From Moniliella sp. 'wahieum' (taxonomy: Eukaryota), in NCBI GenBank assembly GCA_003971905.1, contig RSEE01000092.1, forward strand, positions 62,001 to 126,000: a DNA stretch of 64,000 bases, written 5' to 3'. Below are positions 24,469-36,573 of the stretch, piece after piece (the stretch's first letter is position 1; every line of letters begins with the position of its first letter). Below the pieces are notes generated by a model that was not told the origin of the DNA, ran no database searches, and saw only the letters and a program-made list of their open reading frames with translations. The position numbers were made by a program, and so were the translations under genes.

Positions 24469-26857
24469 CTAGCGGATCCACTCGCGGACCTCTTTCGCGT
24501 GAGCAGCCACGCGGCCACCGCCACGCCCAGCGTCAGTAGCAGCAGCACACCGGCCACCCGTTCGCCAGGCGCAGCGCAAGCGGTCCATAAACTCAGTGGC
24601 GCCAAGCGCGGCCAAGCTTCCGCGTCCGTCCGTTCCCCCCTCCCCCTCGGTCCCCGGGTCCCTACACGATCCCCTGTACGGTCTCCTCGGTCTCCTGTAC
24701 GGTCCGCTCGGTCCGCTGCACGGTCGGAACGGTCGGATCGGTCAAGCAAAGTGCGCTCCGAGAGCGAGGTGCGTTTGCGTCGTCGACGTTCCGATGTGGG
24801 TGTCGTGGTGCGCGGAGACTAGGACAGACATGGTGAGCAGACGAAGGCGAGATAGCCCCCCCCGGCCCAGAGCCTGAGGGGAGCTCAGGCAGGGGGGGGG
24901 ACCTACCCGTTCGTTCCCTGCCGAGGACGAGGACAACGACAAGGTCCCTTGGGCCCCGTGCGTGTCGTGCGCGTCGCGCGAAGTGTGTGCGTCGTGCGTC
25001 CCGTGGGTTGGAAGTATAAGTACCGTTGAGCGTGGTGAGCGGCGCGGGGGAGTAGGTCGACTCGGTCCCAGTCGCGGGTGCAGGTGCAGGTACGGTCCCA
25101 GTTGCGGTCGCATTGGACGGAGGCAACAAGCTGTTCAGACGCGCCACTTCGCTCCGCAGCGATTCCACTTCCCCCCGCAGCTGCGGAAGGAGCAACAACG
25201 TGTCCCGTATCGCGGCCAGTTCAGCCGCCACGTCCATGGCCTGCCCCGGTGGTTCATCCGGAGGGGCTAGGGGGCCCTCGTGCGTGTCGAGGGTCAAGGC
25301 GTGCAGGTCGGATGGCAAGGACGTATCGCGTCTGGTTCCGGTACGCCATCAGGTTCCAGCCCGGATGAACTCGGACCAGGAGCACCCACCTCATCGTCTG
25401 GAACGATCGTGCCAGCCACAGAGCGGGCATCGTCATCATCTTGTTCTTCTTCGGTGGTTTGGCTGGCCGCGTGCGCATGTGCTTGTGCTTGAGCTTGAGC
25501 TTGTGCTGCGGTCGGGTACGCCGTGTGTGCATCGAGCGAGCCAGCGACAAGCGGCGCACCTCCACGCCATTTGTCCATCTCACTTTGCAGCTGTGCATTC
25601 TGGGTCTCCAACGCGCGGATGCGCGCCAGCGCATCTGCCAGAGTCGGTTCGTCCTTTTGTGGCTCCGAGGGCGCGGACCAAGAGGCAGAACCAGCCGAGT
25701 CGGACGGGACCAGGTGCTGGTACGCGCGTGCCTCGGGCGGCGGAGAGTCGTGGTCGTGGTCGTGGTCGTGTGGGTGTGCATGTGCGTCGGGCCCAAGGGA
25801 CCGGTGTAGCGCAGCGACGTCGCCTGCGGTTTGGCGCAGCTCAGCCCCCGTCTGACGCGAGGTAACGAGTTCCTCTTGCAGACGCGTCAGCAGCTGGTCT
25901 AGCGAAAGGTAGCCACGCTCGTACCCGCGGCGACGGATCAAGCGGCGGCCTCGGCGGTGGGACCGAGTCCACGCGCGCCCGACTGGCCCAAGGTACCTGG
26001 TGTACCGCCATGGTAGAGCCGGGCAAAGTCGGTACGCCAGTGCCGTGCTTCCTCGACGTGCGCACCACGTACACCCGTGTGGCGACCTTGGTGCAAGATC
26101 GTCTTGCCGTCTTCGCCGGCAATGTCAATGCCGAATTCGACGAGGTCGTCGGTGCGCAGGCCAGGGGTCCGATTCCACCGCCTCGCCCGACAAACGCTCG
26201 CCATTGATAAAGGTGCCGTTGGAGGACTTGACATCTTTGATCCACACGCCCTCGTCGTACCATACCTCGGCATGCATGCGCGACAGCAACTTGGAGTCGA
26301 AAAACCCATTCTGCGGCAGCGGCACCGTCTTGGCATTGGTCTGGCGGCCAATGCGCACGCGCACACCGCCACCGAGGTAGATCTGCTTGGGGGCAAGGTA
26401 TCGTTGACGGGGTAGAGGTGGAGGGCGGGGTAGACCAGACCCTCGGTGCCGCCGGACGAGGCAAGGGGGAGCGGCTGCGGCTGGATCGGGGGGGGATCGG
26501 GCTGGGCCAGCGGCGGGGGCGGGGATGGGAGTGGGGGTGGGGATCGGGGCGGGGGGGTCGGGGAGGGGAGCAGCCAGCGCAGCCACAGGGCCGGCGGGGG
26601 CGCGGGGGGGACGGGGGCGGGCGGGGCGGGGGTGGGGCCGGCTCGTGGGAGGGGGCGGGAGCGGGGTCGGGAGCAGCGGGGGCGAGCGGGGCGGGCGGGG
26701 CAAGCAGGCGGGTGCCGGAGCGGAGATGGTGGCGGGTGGGACTGGTGGTGGTGGTGGTGGTGGGGGGGGGGGCGGGGGCGGGGGCGACGGCGGCTGGAGG
26801 GGCGGCTGGAGGGGCGGGTCGGCGGAGGCCCGGGGGCGCAGCAGCAGCAGCAGACAT
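24469..26857 (-). CDS. FHA-domain coiled-coil tail-anchored protein (SLMAP/Far9-Far10/Vps64-like STRIPAK subunit)
   Basis: FHA domain RIGRQTNAKTVP..NGFFDSKLLSRMHAEVW..IKDVKSSNGTFINGERLS, coiled coils (LDQLLTRLQEEL) and C-terminal TM VAGVLLLLTLGVAVAAW. Confidence 0.88.
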
Positions 26858-27079
26858 GGCGGTGGTGGGTCTGAGGCAGAGGAGTTCCCTCGCCGTCCCC
26901 GCGCCTGCCAGGGGCCAAGTTGAACGTTCAACCCGTGCGCCCCTGCCGATCGCATGCTGGCCTGCGCCTAGGGTTAGCTAGGGTTGGCGCTGCTGCGCCA
27001 CGCCAGGTGGCACGTGTACGTAAGCCATCCGCCGCTCGGCGCTGGGCGATGCGCTCGCGGCCTCGCCCCCCACACCACC

Positions 27080-27111
<32 letters not shown>

Positions 27112-27112
27112 G
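27080..27112. repeat. (GTCT)n microsatellite in divergent promoter/5' UTR
   Basis: Tandem GTCT units are directly visible. Confidence 0.9.
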
Positions 27113-27161
27113 CCTGGCTGGCTGGCTGTCTGGCCCCGCCGCACCCACCGCCCCCCGCCCC

Positions 27162-28965
27162 ATGCTCGCCGCCGCCCTCGGCGCGCTGCTGGCGCCCATC
27201 GCCACTGTCTGTGCCCCCCGCACCCGCACCTTTACCCGCGCCCATCTCTCCCTCCCGCACCCTCCTCGTGTCCGCCACCGCCACCGCCACCGCCACACGC
27301 ATCTACCCCTACACCGCCGTCCCTCCGACTGGGACCCGCCCGGCCGCAGCGTGTGGTTCGAGCGCAAAGCCATCCTCATCGTCTCCATCTTCCTCGCCCT
27401 CTTCATCGTCCTCTTCATCGGCGGCTTCGTCACCATGCACGACCGCCGCTGGGACCTCAACGCCGGCGAGACCGAGGAGGAAGCCGTCGAACGCATCCTC
27501 CGCACCCGCCTCCAGCGCGCCCAAGCCCAGCAGCAGCTCCACAACCAGCCTGCCTCGTCGGCCTGGACCACCCTCCGCCGCTGGCTCCGCCCTACCGCCT
27601 CCCCCTCCAACGACACGCACCTCCGCCAGCGAAAACCGCGCGCCAGCTCCAGCTCCCGCACTGCTTCCTTCTGCTCCACCTGCTCCTCCTCTTCCTCCGT
27701 CTCCTCCTCGGCCACAACCTCCTTCGTCTCCTCCCCGCCCCTCGCTCCGCCCTCTGCTTCCCTCCCCCCATCGCCCCACTCCCACTCCCACTCCCACCCG
27801 CACTCTCCTCCCTCCCCACCCCATCCCAACCCCAACCCCAACCCCAGTCCCTCTCCGACGACCGCGCACTCACGCCGCACGACCGAGCCTTGGCCCAGCG
27901 CTACATTGCCCGCCAAATCCGCCTGCTGCAAGCCCAGCTACAAGAATGGGAGCGGGTACGTGCCTATGCCCACCAGCCGGTCCTGCCGACAGGCGAACCC
28001 TATCCCGAGGATGCACCCGACCTCTCCCCGCCAGCCTACATACCGCCTCCCCCGCGTTGTCCACCGGCGGAAGCGCCGGTCAGGGGAATAGTACTGCCGC
28101 ATCCAGAGCCGGGTTCGGCAGCGGCAGCGGCAGCGGCAGCGGTCGCGGCAGCGGGAATGGGAGCGGGAGCGGGAATGGGGCTGGAGAAATGGTGGATGCG
28201 AACGGGTACGCTACCAAACCTTGTTCCATTCCACCTACTCTTTCCCCGCCCTCGCCCACACAGCCCACGAGGCAACCGATGAGAAAACCCGCTTGGCCCA
28301 GCTGCGCACCTTGGCGTCTCATCCCCCCCTCGCGACTGGGGCCGGGGCTGAGGGCTTGGGTTTGGGCGAGGGCGAGGCGGATGGGGAGGAAGCGCTGGTG
28401 GCTGCCAGTGCGCCCGCGCTGCCCGATGCAGATGGGTTCGAACTGGCTGTGTCGCGTGCGGATGTAGATGCTTGTGGGGATACTGGGGGGGCGTGTTCCT
28501 CCATGAATGCCAAGGGCAAAGCGGTTTCGGTTTCGGTTTCGGTTCCGGGTGCGTCGCGCCTCATGCCCTTCCCGGCCCCCAGGAGGGAAGAGGATGAGAA
28601 GACTCGATTGGCTTGTCTTTGGTCTGCGCCCAGTGCCCCACCCCACTTGCCGTCCGAGGCGCTGGATTGGGTGCCTTCGGCTCCTGGACCGCCCGAGCCT
28701 CCTTGGGTTCTGGATCTTTCCTCCCCTCTCTGCTCCCTCGGCCCCATCTGTTCCCTCTGCTCCCTCGGCTCCCTCGGCTCCCTCGGCTCCCTCCGCGCCT
28801 TCGGCTCCCTCGGCCCCACCGGCCCCACCACCTGATCTCAACCTTTTGTCCCCCTCCGCTCCGCCGCTATCGGCTACATGGGTCCACCCGTCCCACGCTC
28901 CTTTGGACCCAGACGAGCGGGATCGATCGGATCCCGCCGTACGCGGATCGTCCCCGCCCTCTTAG
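27162..28965 (+). CDS. Hypothetical single-pass membrane protein with PSAP-rich tail
   Basis: Hydrophobic N-terminus, TM AILIVSIFLALFIVLFIGGFV, later AHEATDEKTRLAQLR and PSAP repeats. Frames shift and the end is approximate. Confidence 0.55.
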
Positions 28966-29872
28966 ATCTTAACCCCCAAGGTTTAATGCTAAAGCTAAAG
29001 CTGAAAAGCTAAAGCTAAAGCTAACGCAGCTGTAACGCAGCTGTCCGCACCGGTCACCCCGGTCACTCCTTTGCCCCACCATTCACTCCGGTCCCTAGTC
29101 ACTCCTTTTCCCTGTCATGCGGACCTCGCTGGTACGATAGCGTGCGTGCGTGCGTGCATTCGTGCGTAGCCTAGCCCGCTTGGGGCCCGTTTGTTTTGCT
29201 TTGCACCTCCTGTTGTATTTCTCTTGCACACCATGATTGATTTGAATTTCTCCCGTGGCCCGCGTTGGCCATCCCGTTCCACCATTAATGCGTAGTATAG
29301 TCGCGAGAAATGTCCAGGGGCTAGGTTATACGGGTCGTATCCTGCCGGGACAGTGGGTCTATGGGACACGCGGAACGGCTGTGGCTGTGTCGTCGAAGCA
29401 CTTGCATGGACCGCCGACGCAGAAGGTGAGCAGGTCGCCACGCCAGGGTTGAGGATTGAGCATGGGGATTGAGGATTGAGCATGGGATTGAGGATTGAGG
29501 ATTGGATATGGATCGCAGGCAGTGGTTGGTGTTCGAACCGGCCAGTCATGGCTGGATGGGCCCGGGTGAACGCTGAACCGTGCTGAAGCTTATCTACCCC
29601 TGATGGGCGTGATGTCAGGCAACCACCCCCCATGGCAGGCCACCGCCTTGAGCTTGTCACTTGTCACATGATGATGTCAAAAGCTCATTTGTCATGGGTT
29701 ATTCAGTCATCTCGTGGGACATGCTACTGCAACTACCACTGCTCTGCTCTGCGCACAGGCAACCGCGACCGCGACCGCGACCGCGACCGCGACCGCGTAT
29801 TGGAGCGCACGCGCACGCCAATCCATCTTGCCCTCCCCTCCCGCGCTGGAGGGGAGAAAGGAGAGGGGGGAT

Positions 29873-30630
29873 TTAGACAATCCGCTTCAACCGCTGCGCA
29901 CGCACATCGAACTGCGCGAATCAAGCAATAAGGAAAGACAAGAGCAGGGTAACCAGGTCAGCAGCCGCGCCCCAAACAAGCTAGCAAGCAAGCAAGCAAG
30001 CAAGCCACCGCGCGTGCGCCGGCGGGAGGCTGGGGGGGAAGGGGGGTACGCACCACAAAGCCCGACACTTTATCCGACCGAACCAGCTGGGAATCTTTGA
30101 GGAACTGAACGTCGTCACGAACGTTTTGTTCGAGCTTGTCGAAGGGGAGGAAATCCAATTGTTCCAAGTCCTGTACGCCTTGGCTGTCGTCAGCCAAGCC
30201 CAACTGAGTTTGGATGCGCGCTCGCGCTTGCTCATTGGTAAATGTCAGCATGCCACAATCCGTGTGCTGCACCACGACGATTTCTTCCGTGCCTAACATT
30301 TGTTGGCTAATCACCAACGACCGTAACGCATCCGGTGTCCGACCACCCGCATTGCGAATAATGTGCGTCTCGCCTAGCTGCACACCAAATTGCACACTGG
30401 GCAGGATCCGCGAGTCCTGCCACACCCGCAACGTCAGTCACCCGCTTTCATCGGACGCGAAGGAAGGGGAATGAGGAAGGAGGAAGGAAAGGGGGGGGGG
30501 GGGGGGGCGGGGCGCGTACCATGCAAGTGACGATGGCCAGCTTGTGCGACGGCCGGACAGGCAGCTGGTGGCCGTCGTGGCTGTCGGCATAGGCGATGTT
30601 GAAAGCGTGGATGGCGTCGGCGCAGGACAT
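29873..30630 (-). CDS. Beta-class carbonic anhydrase (clade D)
   Basis: Zn ligands VTCM|DSRI and QHTDCGM, plus IIRNAGGR. Introns at 30417-30519 and 29912-30053 give a clean spliced ORF ending FDVRAQRLKRIV*. Confidence 0.93.
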
Positions 30631-32063
30631 GAGCAAGTGGAGTGGAAGCGGAGGGTGGGGGTGGGGGTGGAGGTGGTGGTGGTGGAGCGAAGATAGGGGT
30701 GGTGCGGGCGGCAAGGGGTGCGAAGGTGAAGGGGCGGAGGGAGAGAGGCATGATACCCGCAGCTGATCCCCGTTGCTTTTAGGAGGGCGGCTGTGCTTTG
30801 TGCTTGCCTACTAAGCTTGGTGCTTGGCCTGAGCGCAGCACTCCGGAGTGCTTATCGATGCGGCGGTGTTCGAATCGCGTCAGGCCGGGGGGGGCGAGGC
30901 AGGGGGCGGAGGCGCCGTGGAAGCGAGGCGTTTGTGAATGTGATGCGGCCGGTGCAAACAAGACTGGGCCACTGCGGCGAGGTGGAAGGTGGGAGGCGGG
31001 AGGTGTTGGCACGCAGGGTTTTTCCACCACCAAAGCCCAAGCCGATTTGAGAACTGAGAACGGGTGGTTGTTTGGATTGGGGTTGGGGCCCAGAGAAACC
31101 CGCCACGACTGGGGTCGGAAGACGAAGGCGCGACCGCAGAGCAAAACCAGGTGGGCTGCCCAGCAGACGGCGGCGGCGGCAGAGGGTGACTAAATACCGA
31201 GAGAGAAGATCGAGGAACAGGTTTGTTTACAGTGGCACTGATGGGGTTTGTGCCAAAAGAAAAGAGTCATAAAGTCATCGACCATCGATCATCGGCCATT
31301 GGTCATCTGTACCTTGGCATCCTGTGGCCGGTGTTACCAGTTACCGGTTCTCTCATAGATCTTCCATGTTACCTGCGTCACTGCGTCACCTCCGAGACCG
31401 CCACTCTGCTCTGCCGCCCAGCGGGAGACGAGAGAAGAGGCTGAAGCGCGTCCGTTTTGGACGTTGGGATCACATCTCACACCCAAGACGCAGGCCAAAC
31501 AAGACCAGACAAAGACAACGCCAGTGGGTTTTTGGCCAAGTTGGATTCTCGATTCTCGATTCGGGGGCTTCGATCATCGATCGATCGCCCCCCCCCCCCT
31601 TCTTAGCTTCGTCTGGGTTCGGGCCTCGGGCAGCTTCAGTGCCGGTGACCTCACCGGTCACGGGGAGCCTGCAAGCTGCAAGCTGCAAGCTTCCTATTCA
31701 TCTTCATCTTCACCGTCGCAATCTCACAAGTCACATCGCAACTTTCTCCGTCTTGGCTCGGGCAGTGCCTTTGCGCAGATTGCAGTGGCGGTGGGGTGGC
31801 GGTGGCGGTGGTACATGGTGGCTGGTGTGGTATGTGGTGGCGGCCCCACCCAGAGCCACGCCGGCCACACCCCAGGGCCCAACGCACCACCGCTGGCCTC
31901 GTGCCCACCCCCGGCCTCGGTTCCGAGGCGGGACCGTGTGCTCCGAAACGGACGGAACCGGTTGCGCGCCTGGCCCGCCCCAATCATCCAACTCGATCAT
32001 TCAAATCCTCCATCGGCCATCGGTCTCGGTCACCGGTCACCGACCATTCAATATTCACTAGGT

Positions 32064-33675
32064 GTGCGGCCCACGCTAGAGAAGTTGAGCATTGCTCTGC
32101 CGCCGGGGCACCTGGTGATGGCATACCTGGACGACATTACCATTTTCGGTCCAGAGCCAGGCATTACCGGCCAAGCTGCGGAGATTTTGGAAGACGACGC
32201 GTCAGGCCTCAAGCTCAACCTGCGCAAGTGCGTCGAGCGGGACCGGGACCAGATCCGGGAGGATGGTCTGCAGGTTCTGGGCACTTGTGTGGGAGGGGTA
32301 GACTGTCGTCGATCGTGGCTCCGGGCCCAACTGGCCAGTCTGAGGGAGAACATGCCTAAGTTTGATGGCATCACCCGCCAGGGACGCCTCTTACTATGGC
32401 GGCTCAGCACTCAGACCAAGCTGCGCCACCTGCTCCGCACCATGCAGATGGAAGGAGAGCTAGACGAAGTGCTGGCCGAGATCGATGCCTTCATCTGTAC
32501 GGAGTTCAGACGGATCCGGGGCGACGAGGATCCCCAAGGTGCCAAGGACGACCACTTCGACATGCTCATGAGCTGCCTCTCCGGCTAGGAGGATGCGGCA
32601 GCCCGCTTTACTCGTATATCGCGCCCCACGCCCGTGCCGCGGCCAACGAGGTCAACGACTATATTACCACTTATGTTGACCGTTCGGGACCGCAAACGGC
32701 AGAGGCCAACGCATTTACGAAGCAACGCCAGCGCTGCCGCGAGATGTGGGAGAAAAGTCGACAGGAGCTGCTCCAGAAGCTGGACGCTGCCGATGGTCGT
32801 CACGTGGTTGAGCACAGCAACCCGCTGAGCCACAACTGGCTCTCCGCCATTCCGTCCGTCCCATACCTCAGGCTCTCCGACCAGCAGGTCCAGGTTGGTC
32901 TCCAGCTCCGCACGCTGTGCCGCACCACGCGCAGCATGTGCAAGTGCGGTGTCATGTCCTCGCTGGAGCACATCATGTATTGCACTCGCTCCCAGGCCAA
33001 GTTTGGAGCGTTGCATGACGCAGTGCGGGAGCCCATTCTCCAGCTCCTACGCTCCATTCCCGACACCCATGTCCACAACGAACCAATGGTGGAGGACGAG
33101 GATGGCCGGAGACAGAGGACACAGCGCACTGACTACCGCGTGATGGGACCCGGAGCACTGGGAGGATCAGGAATGGAGGTCGACCACACGCTGCGCGACA
33201 CGGGATCACTGGCAGCGCAGAGCGCGTTCCGGAGGGTGGTGCACGCGAGCACCGCAACCCCCTTGGAACGCCGGGAGAAGGAGCTGCTTCGGATGCTTGA
33301 ACAAGCAGAATGCGAGAAGAACGCCAAGTACCAGGGACGCACTCAAGAGACGTTTTTCCCCCTGGTTTTGACGACGCGAGGATACTACGGCACCAAGACG
33401 GCGAGCAAGTTGTTTGCGCATTGGAAGGAGTTGGCTACTAAGTCTCAGTGGAAATGGTTCCTCGCTCGGATGTCAACCACGTTCCTCCGTGTCCATACGC
33501 GCTTCCTAGGGTACGGGACCGGATGGCATGAGCCGGAGGGTCCTGATATCCTGGCGATCCCCCTGGTTCCTTGACCCTGGTGGGCCCCTAAGTAACCCCC
33601 GCAAGATGAACGGTTAGGTTTAGACGTAGCGTTCCCCCTGTCCCAGCCTTCTTAAGTCTGCCAATGAAATGGAAG
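32064..33675 (+). mobile_element. 5'-truncated RLE-type (CRE-like) non-LTR retrotransposon, copy 2
   Basis: RT motifs (Y)SLGVRP, AYLDDI, GLKLNLRK and LG, then LPLRLGGCG (1-nt frameshift at about 32572), CCHC knuckle CKCG..EHIMYC, HD, RTD..EVD (PD-(D/E)xK-like), EKNAKY and FFPLV. Stop at 33574, short 3' UTR, flanked by TCACTAGGT direct repeats. Confidence 0.92.
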
Positions 33676-33689
33676 TCACTAGGTCACTG

Positions 33690-34520
33690 GACATTCAATA
33701 CAACACGCAGTATATACGCACACGGCAATGGATACATGGTTCCAATACGGACGAAAGTCGCCAGCTCCCGTCCCCGCCTCACGTTCCCCTTCCGAGAAGA
33801 GAATGGGATGGGTCTGTATAGCACTGAAATTCTGGCTCCGCGGGGGCAATAACTCATCTCTCTCGTAGGCTCACAGAGAGCTTCTGGGATCAAGGATAAC
33901 AAAAGAACAGACTCGGATCCGTACATGAGGCCCAAAGAGCCCCGAGGGGAAGAAGAAAAAGGGTGTAGTAAACGACCTGTGCGTCTTTTCAAGTACGTGC
34001 TTTGTATCATAATACCAAGGGGGAAACAACTTACACATGCGGGCGGGACAAAAGAGAAGAGAGACGGGGAGCTGGCAAAATAACAGGATGAGAGTGTGCC
34101 TATCCACACTTGTATATACATCAACATCAAGGCCCACCAACACAGTGCAATGGGCTCCCCGATTTGTAAATCAAGGGATCTGCAGTCCCCGGTACGTATT
34201 ACATAGGCCGTTGAGCTTCAAGTGTCATGCAGACGCGCCTGGTATCGATTATCATCCTTTTGTCCCCCCTCTTGACCTCTGAAGCCTCGTCCAGACGTGT
34301 TGCATATGCACCGCTGTGTTCGAACCCTATACGCTTGTCTTTAGGGAATTGCACGAGGCTATAGCCTAGGCCACGGTGCTCATCGTCACTGCATCTTGTT
34401 CTACTTTTACCCCCAGAGTTCTCTAATACCCAATCCGTTGCGTTCCTCCACTGCGGTCTTCCAGGGTTTCCAAGAACGGTTTTCTCAGACAGGCGTATAT
34501 GCCGTCCCAACCATCATATT
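33690..34520 (-). mobile_element. Decayed Crypton-like relic B
   Basis: GNPGRPQWRN..RTRCSDDEHRGLGYSL, then LFSF..CFPLGIMIQ..TGRLLH and GSLGLMY. These recall the Crypton segments N.HP.PR..R..Y.DRG.GT and C.ALV..M..KTN..GR.EY. By-eye match only. Confidence 0.35.
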
Positions 34521-35264
34521 GCGTCGAATATAACGATACGTTTTCGAGCCCGATGTCATTGACGTGTCGCGTACCCACGGTCATGATCGAGATAGTCCAA
34601 CGCTATTCCTGTAGTCTCTATGACGGATCACACACACATTCCCACAGGATGTGGGTATGATCCTTGTTCTAGATCTTCCTTGCCCCCTTTTGTGTCTCTT
34701 TCCCCTCATCACGCGTGGTCTGCCGTGTGATAGCGTCTCCTTCTCCTCTGGTATATAAGGCACCATTCCGTGCAACCTGAACGAATACCTGTCGGCATCC
34801 GAAGCAATCTCCCTCCTACAGGTTGAGCCCACACCCGCCAAGCTAAGGTTGCCACACCCAAAACCAAACCGGGTCAGCAACACCAGCCGCCCCACTATTT
34901 CACACGAACTGTTGCGGACCACAAAACAGAAGTCGGAAAGCAGACTTTCCAGCAGATGTATAGACAGACACATAATAAGAGATCAAAATGATAGATAAAT
35001 CGCTGAAAAGGTGCGCATGTTTGTTGCTGATGAAAAATCCTCTGGCAGGACTCGAGAGCGATTGGATGCGACAAGTAAGCAAAACAAGAGCAAACCTCAG
35101 GTGATGTATTGGCGAGAAAAAGACATATATAGACACGTATATATAGGTCACTTGTGCTGCATTTTCATTAATCATTGCCGTCTCATTCCTTGCTGTCTCG
35201 GTCCCAGCATCGCTTTCGCACCTGCATATTTGGTCGGAGTCTCGATGCGCATAGAATATATCTT

Positions 35265-35870
35265 CGGCTGACGCTGTCGACGGAGGAAAATGTCCTGTAT
35301 TGTTATATGGCACGAGAAGAGAAAAAGCCATCATCGACATCATATGCGCTATACACAGCACTGGTTTGGGTTTGTCAGCTGGATCTTAGCCCGCAGCCAT
35401 GTGCCATAAAACATCTTTTTACAGGAGAGGAGGGGAGCGCGCATCCCGCTCCCAAGAACACTCTACTTCTTCCCTTTGGTTCTGACGACGCGAGGAACCG
35501 TACTACCAAGAGAGCGAGCAGGATGATTGGGAACTCAAAGGCATTAACTACAGTGTCCCAATGGAGATGATTCACCGTTCGAATGTCTATACCACGTTCG
35601 TCCGTATCACGCGCTACCTCTCGGACATGGGAAGGATGGCGGGCACAAGAACGTCCTGATCTGCTGACAATTCCGATGGTTTCCTGAAACGGGTTTGGCG
35701 TCAACGAGCAACACCCCCAGATCAGCTGGTCGGTTTGAGCACAGCGTTTCTTTGTCCTAGTCTTAAGCTCTGTCTCAATGATACTACGCAGTATACTAGA
35801 GATATCTACACCGCGCTCACTCCTGTGGCTCTTTTGGTACACGACCTTCGGATTTGAATGTGAACAACGG
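35265..35870 (+). mobile_element. Decayed Crypton-like relic C
   Basis: TEENVLY..KPSST..YTAL, HPAPK, RPDLLTI (about 35652) and SNT..AGRFEH (about 35707) occur in the expected order. Broken by stops and frameshifts. Confidence 0.3.
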
Positions 35871-36206
35871 GAGGCAGAAGATGCTGATTCGCTGGCGACT
35901 TCGTCAACTGCTTCTGTAATTGTCTCGGCGCGAGCTGTGGGGAGCAAATGCCGCGGATAGGCGCCGGGGCAGGCGGCGAAGCGTTATTGTGCTCCTGTCC
36001 TTCTCATCGTATGTTTACTGTTATAGAGTAGCCAATGATGAGACTATACGGAATTTAGATGATAGAGCATAGTGGACAGGCTGACCAACGCAATGATGCC
36101 AACCGAGCGTGTGCAGCACCATACAGCCCGTACACACATGTTGTCCCCTTGAACAAGTTCTTTCATTCACTTGGCATATGGCCCCACCAAAAAAAAACTC
36201 GAGACC

Positions 36207-36212
36207 AAAAAA
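36207..36212 (-). terminator. Pol III oligo(T) terminator of tRNA-Pro
   Basis: T6 lies 2 nt after the discriminator on the minus strand, with a second longer T run at about 36189-36197. Confidence 0.8.
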
Positions 36213-36214
36213 CG

Positions 36215-36297
36215 GGGGTCCGCCCGGGATCGAACCGAGGACCACCTCTACGAGCCAGTAACCCTAAAGAGGCATGATACCACTACACCACGAACCC
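36215..36297 (-). tRNA. tRNA-Pro (AGG) with 11-nt intron (36251-36261)
   Basis: Cloverleaf with acceptor GGGTTCG/CGGACCC, D arm with A box, anticodon stem CCTCT/AGAGG and loop TTAGGG^T, T arm CTCGG-TTCGATC-CCGGG. The intron lies at the canonical 37/38 position. Confidence 0.95.
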
Positions 36298-36573
36298 TAG
36301 TTGTTTCTGGCACCCGGCCGGGATAGCCCTCACGTGACGCGTGTGCCGGTGGCTGCTCCGAATTATTGCGCAACCCTAGACCCTCTCTCTGCTGCGGACA
36401 ACCCTACACGCCGCAGCTACTTCGACTTGTCTGGCCTTCTCGTGGTGTACCACCGCAAGCGACCTTCCATCTCGCAACCGACCTTGTGCGTATCCTCTGC
36501 ATCTGTCGTGGCCGTTTACCGTCGCAATCCTCGGTGCTGACTCTCTCTTCCTCTGCGCCGGCAGTAACTAAAC

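Noticed and set aside
29500..29720. Possible ncRNA (B-box-like GGTTCGAA on the minus strand; ATGATGA C-box)
   Set aside because: No cloverleaf, no matching D box or terminal stem, and no Pol III terminator.
31464..32054. N-terminal part of the 374-aa ORF as retrotransposon protein
   Set aside because: It lies outside the TSD, has no RT motifs, and is a chance open frame in GC-rich flank.
35027..35070. CTGATGA hammerhead-like core
   Set aside because: No stem II followed by GAAA; the core cannot be completed.
36259..36267. TTAGGGTTA telomere-like sequence
   Set aside because: Fully explained by the tRNA-Pro AGG anticodon loop plus the intron start.
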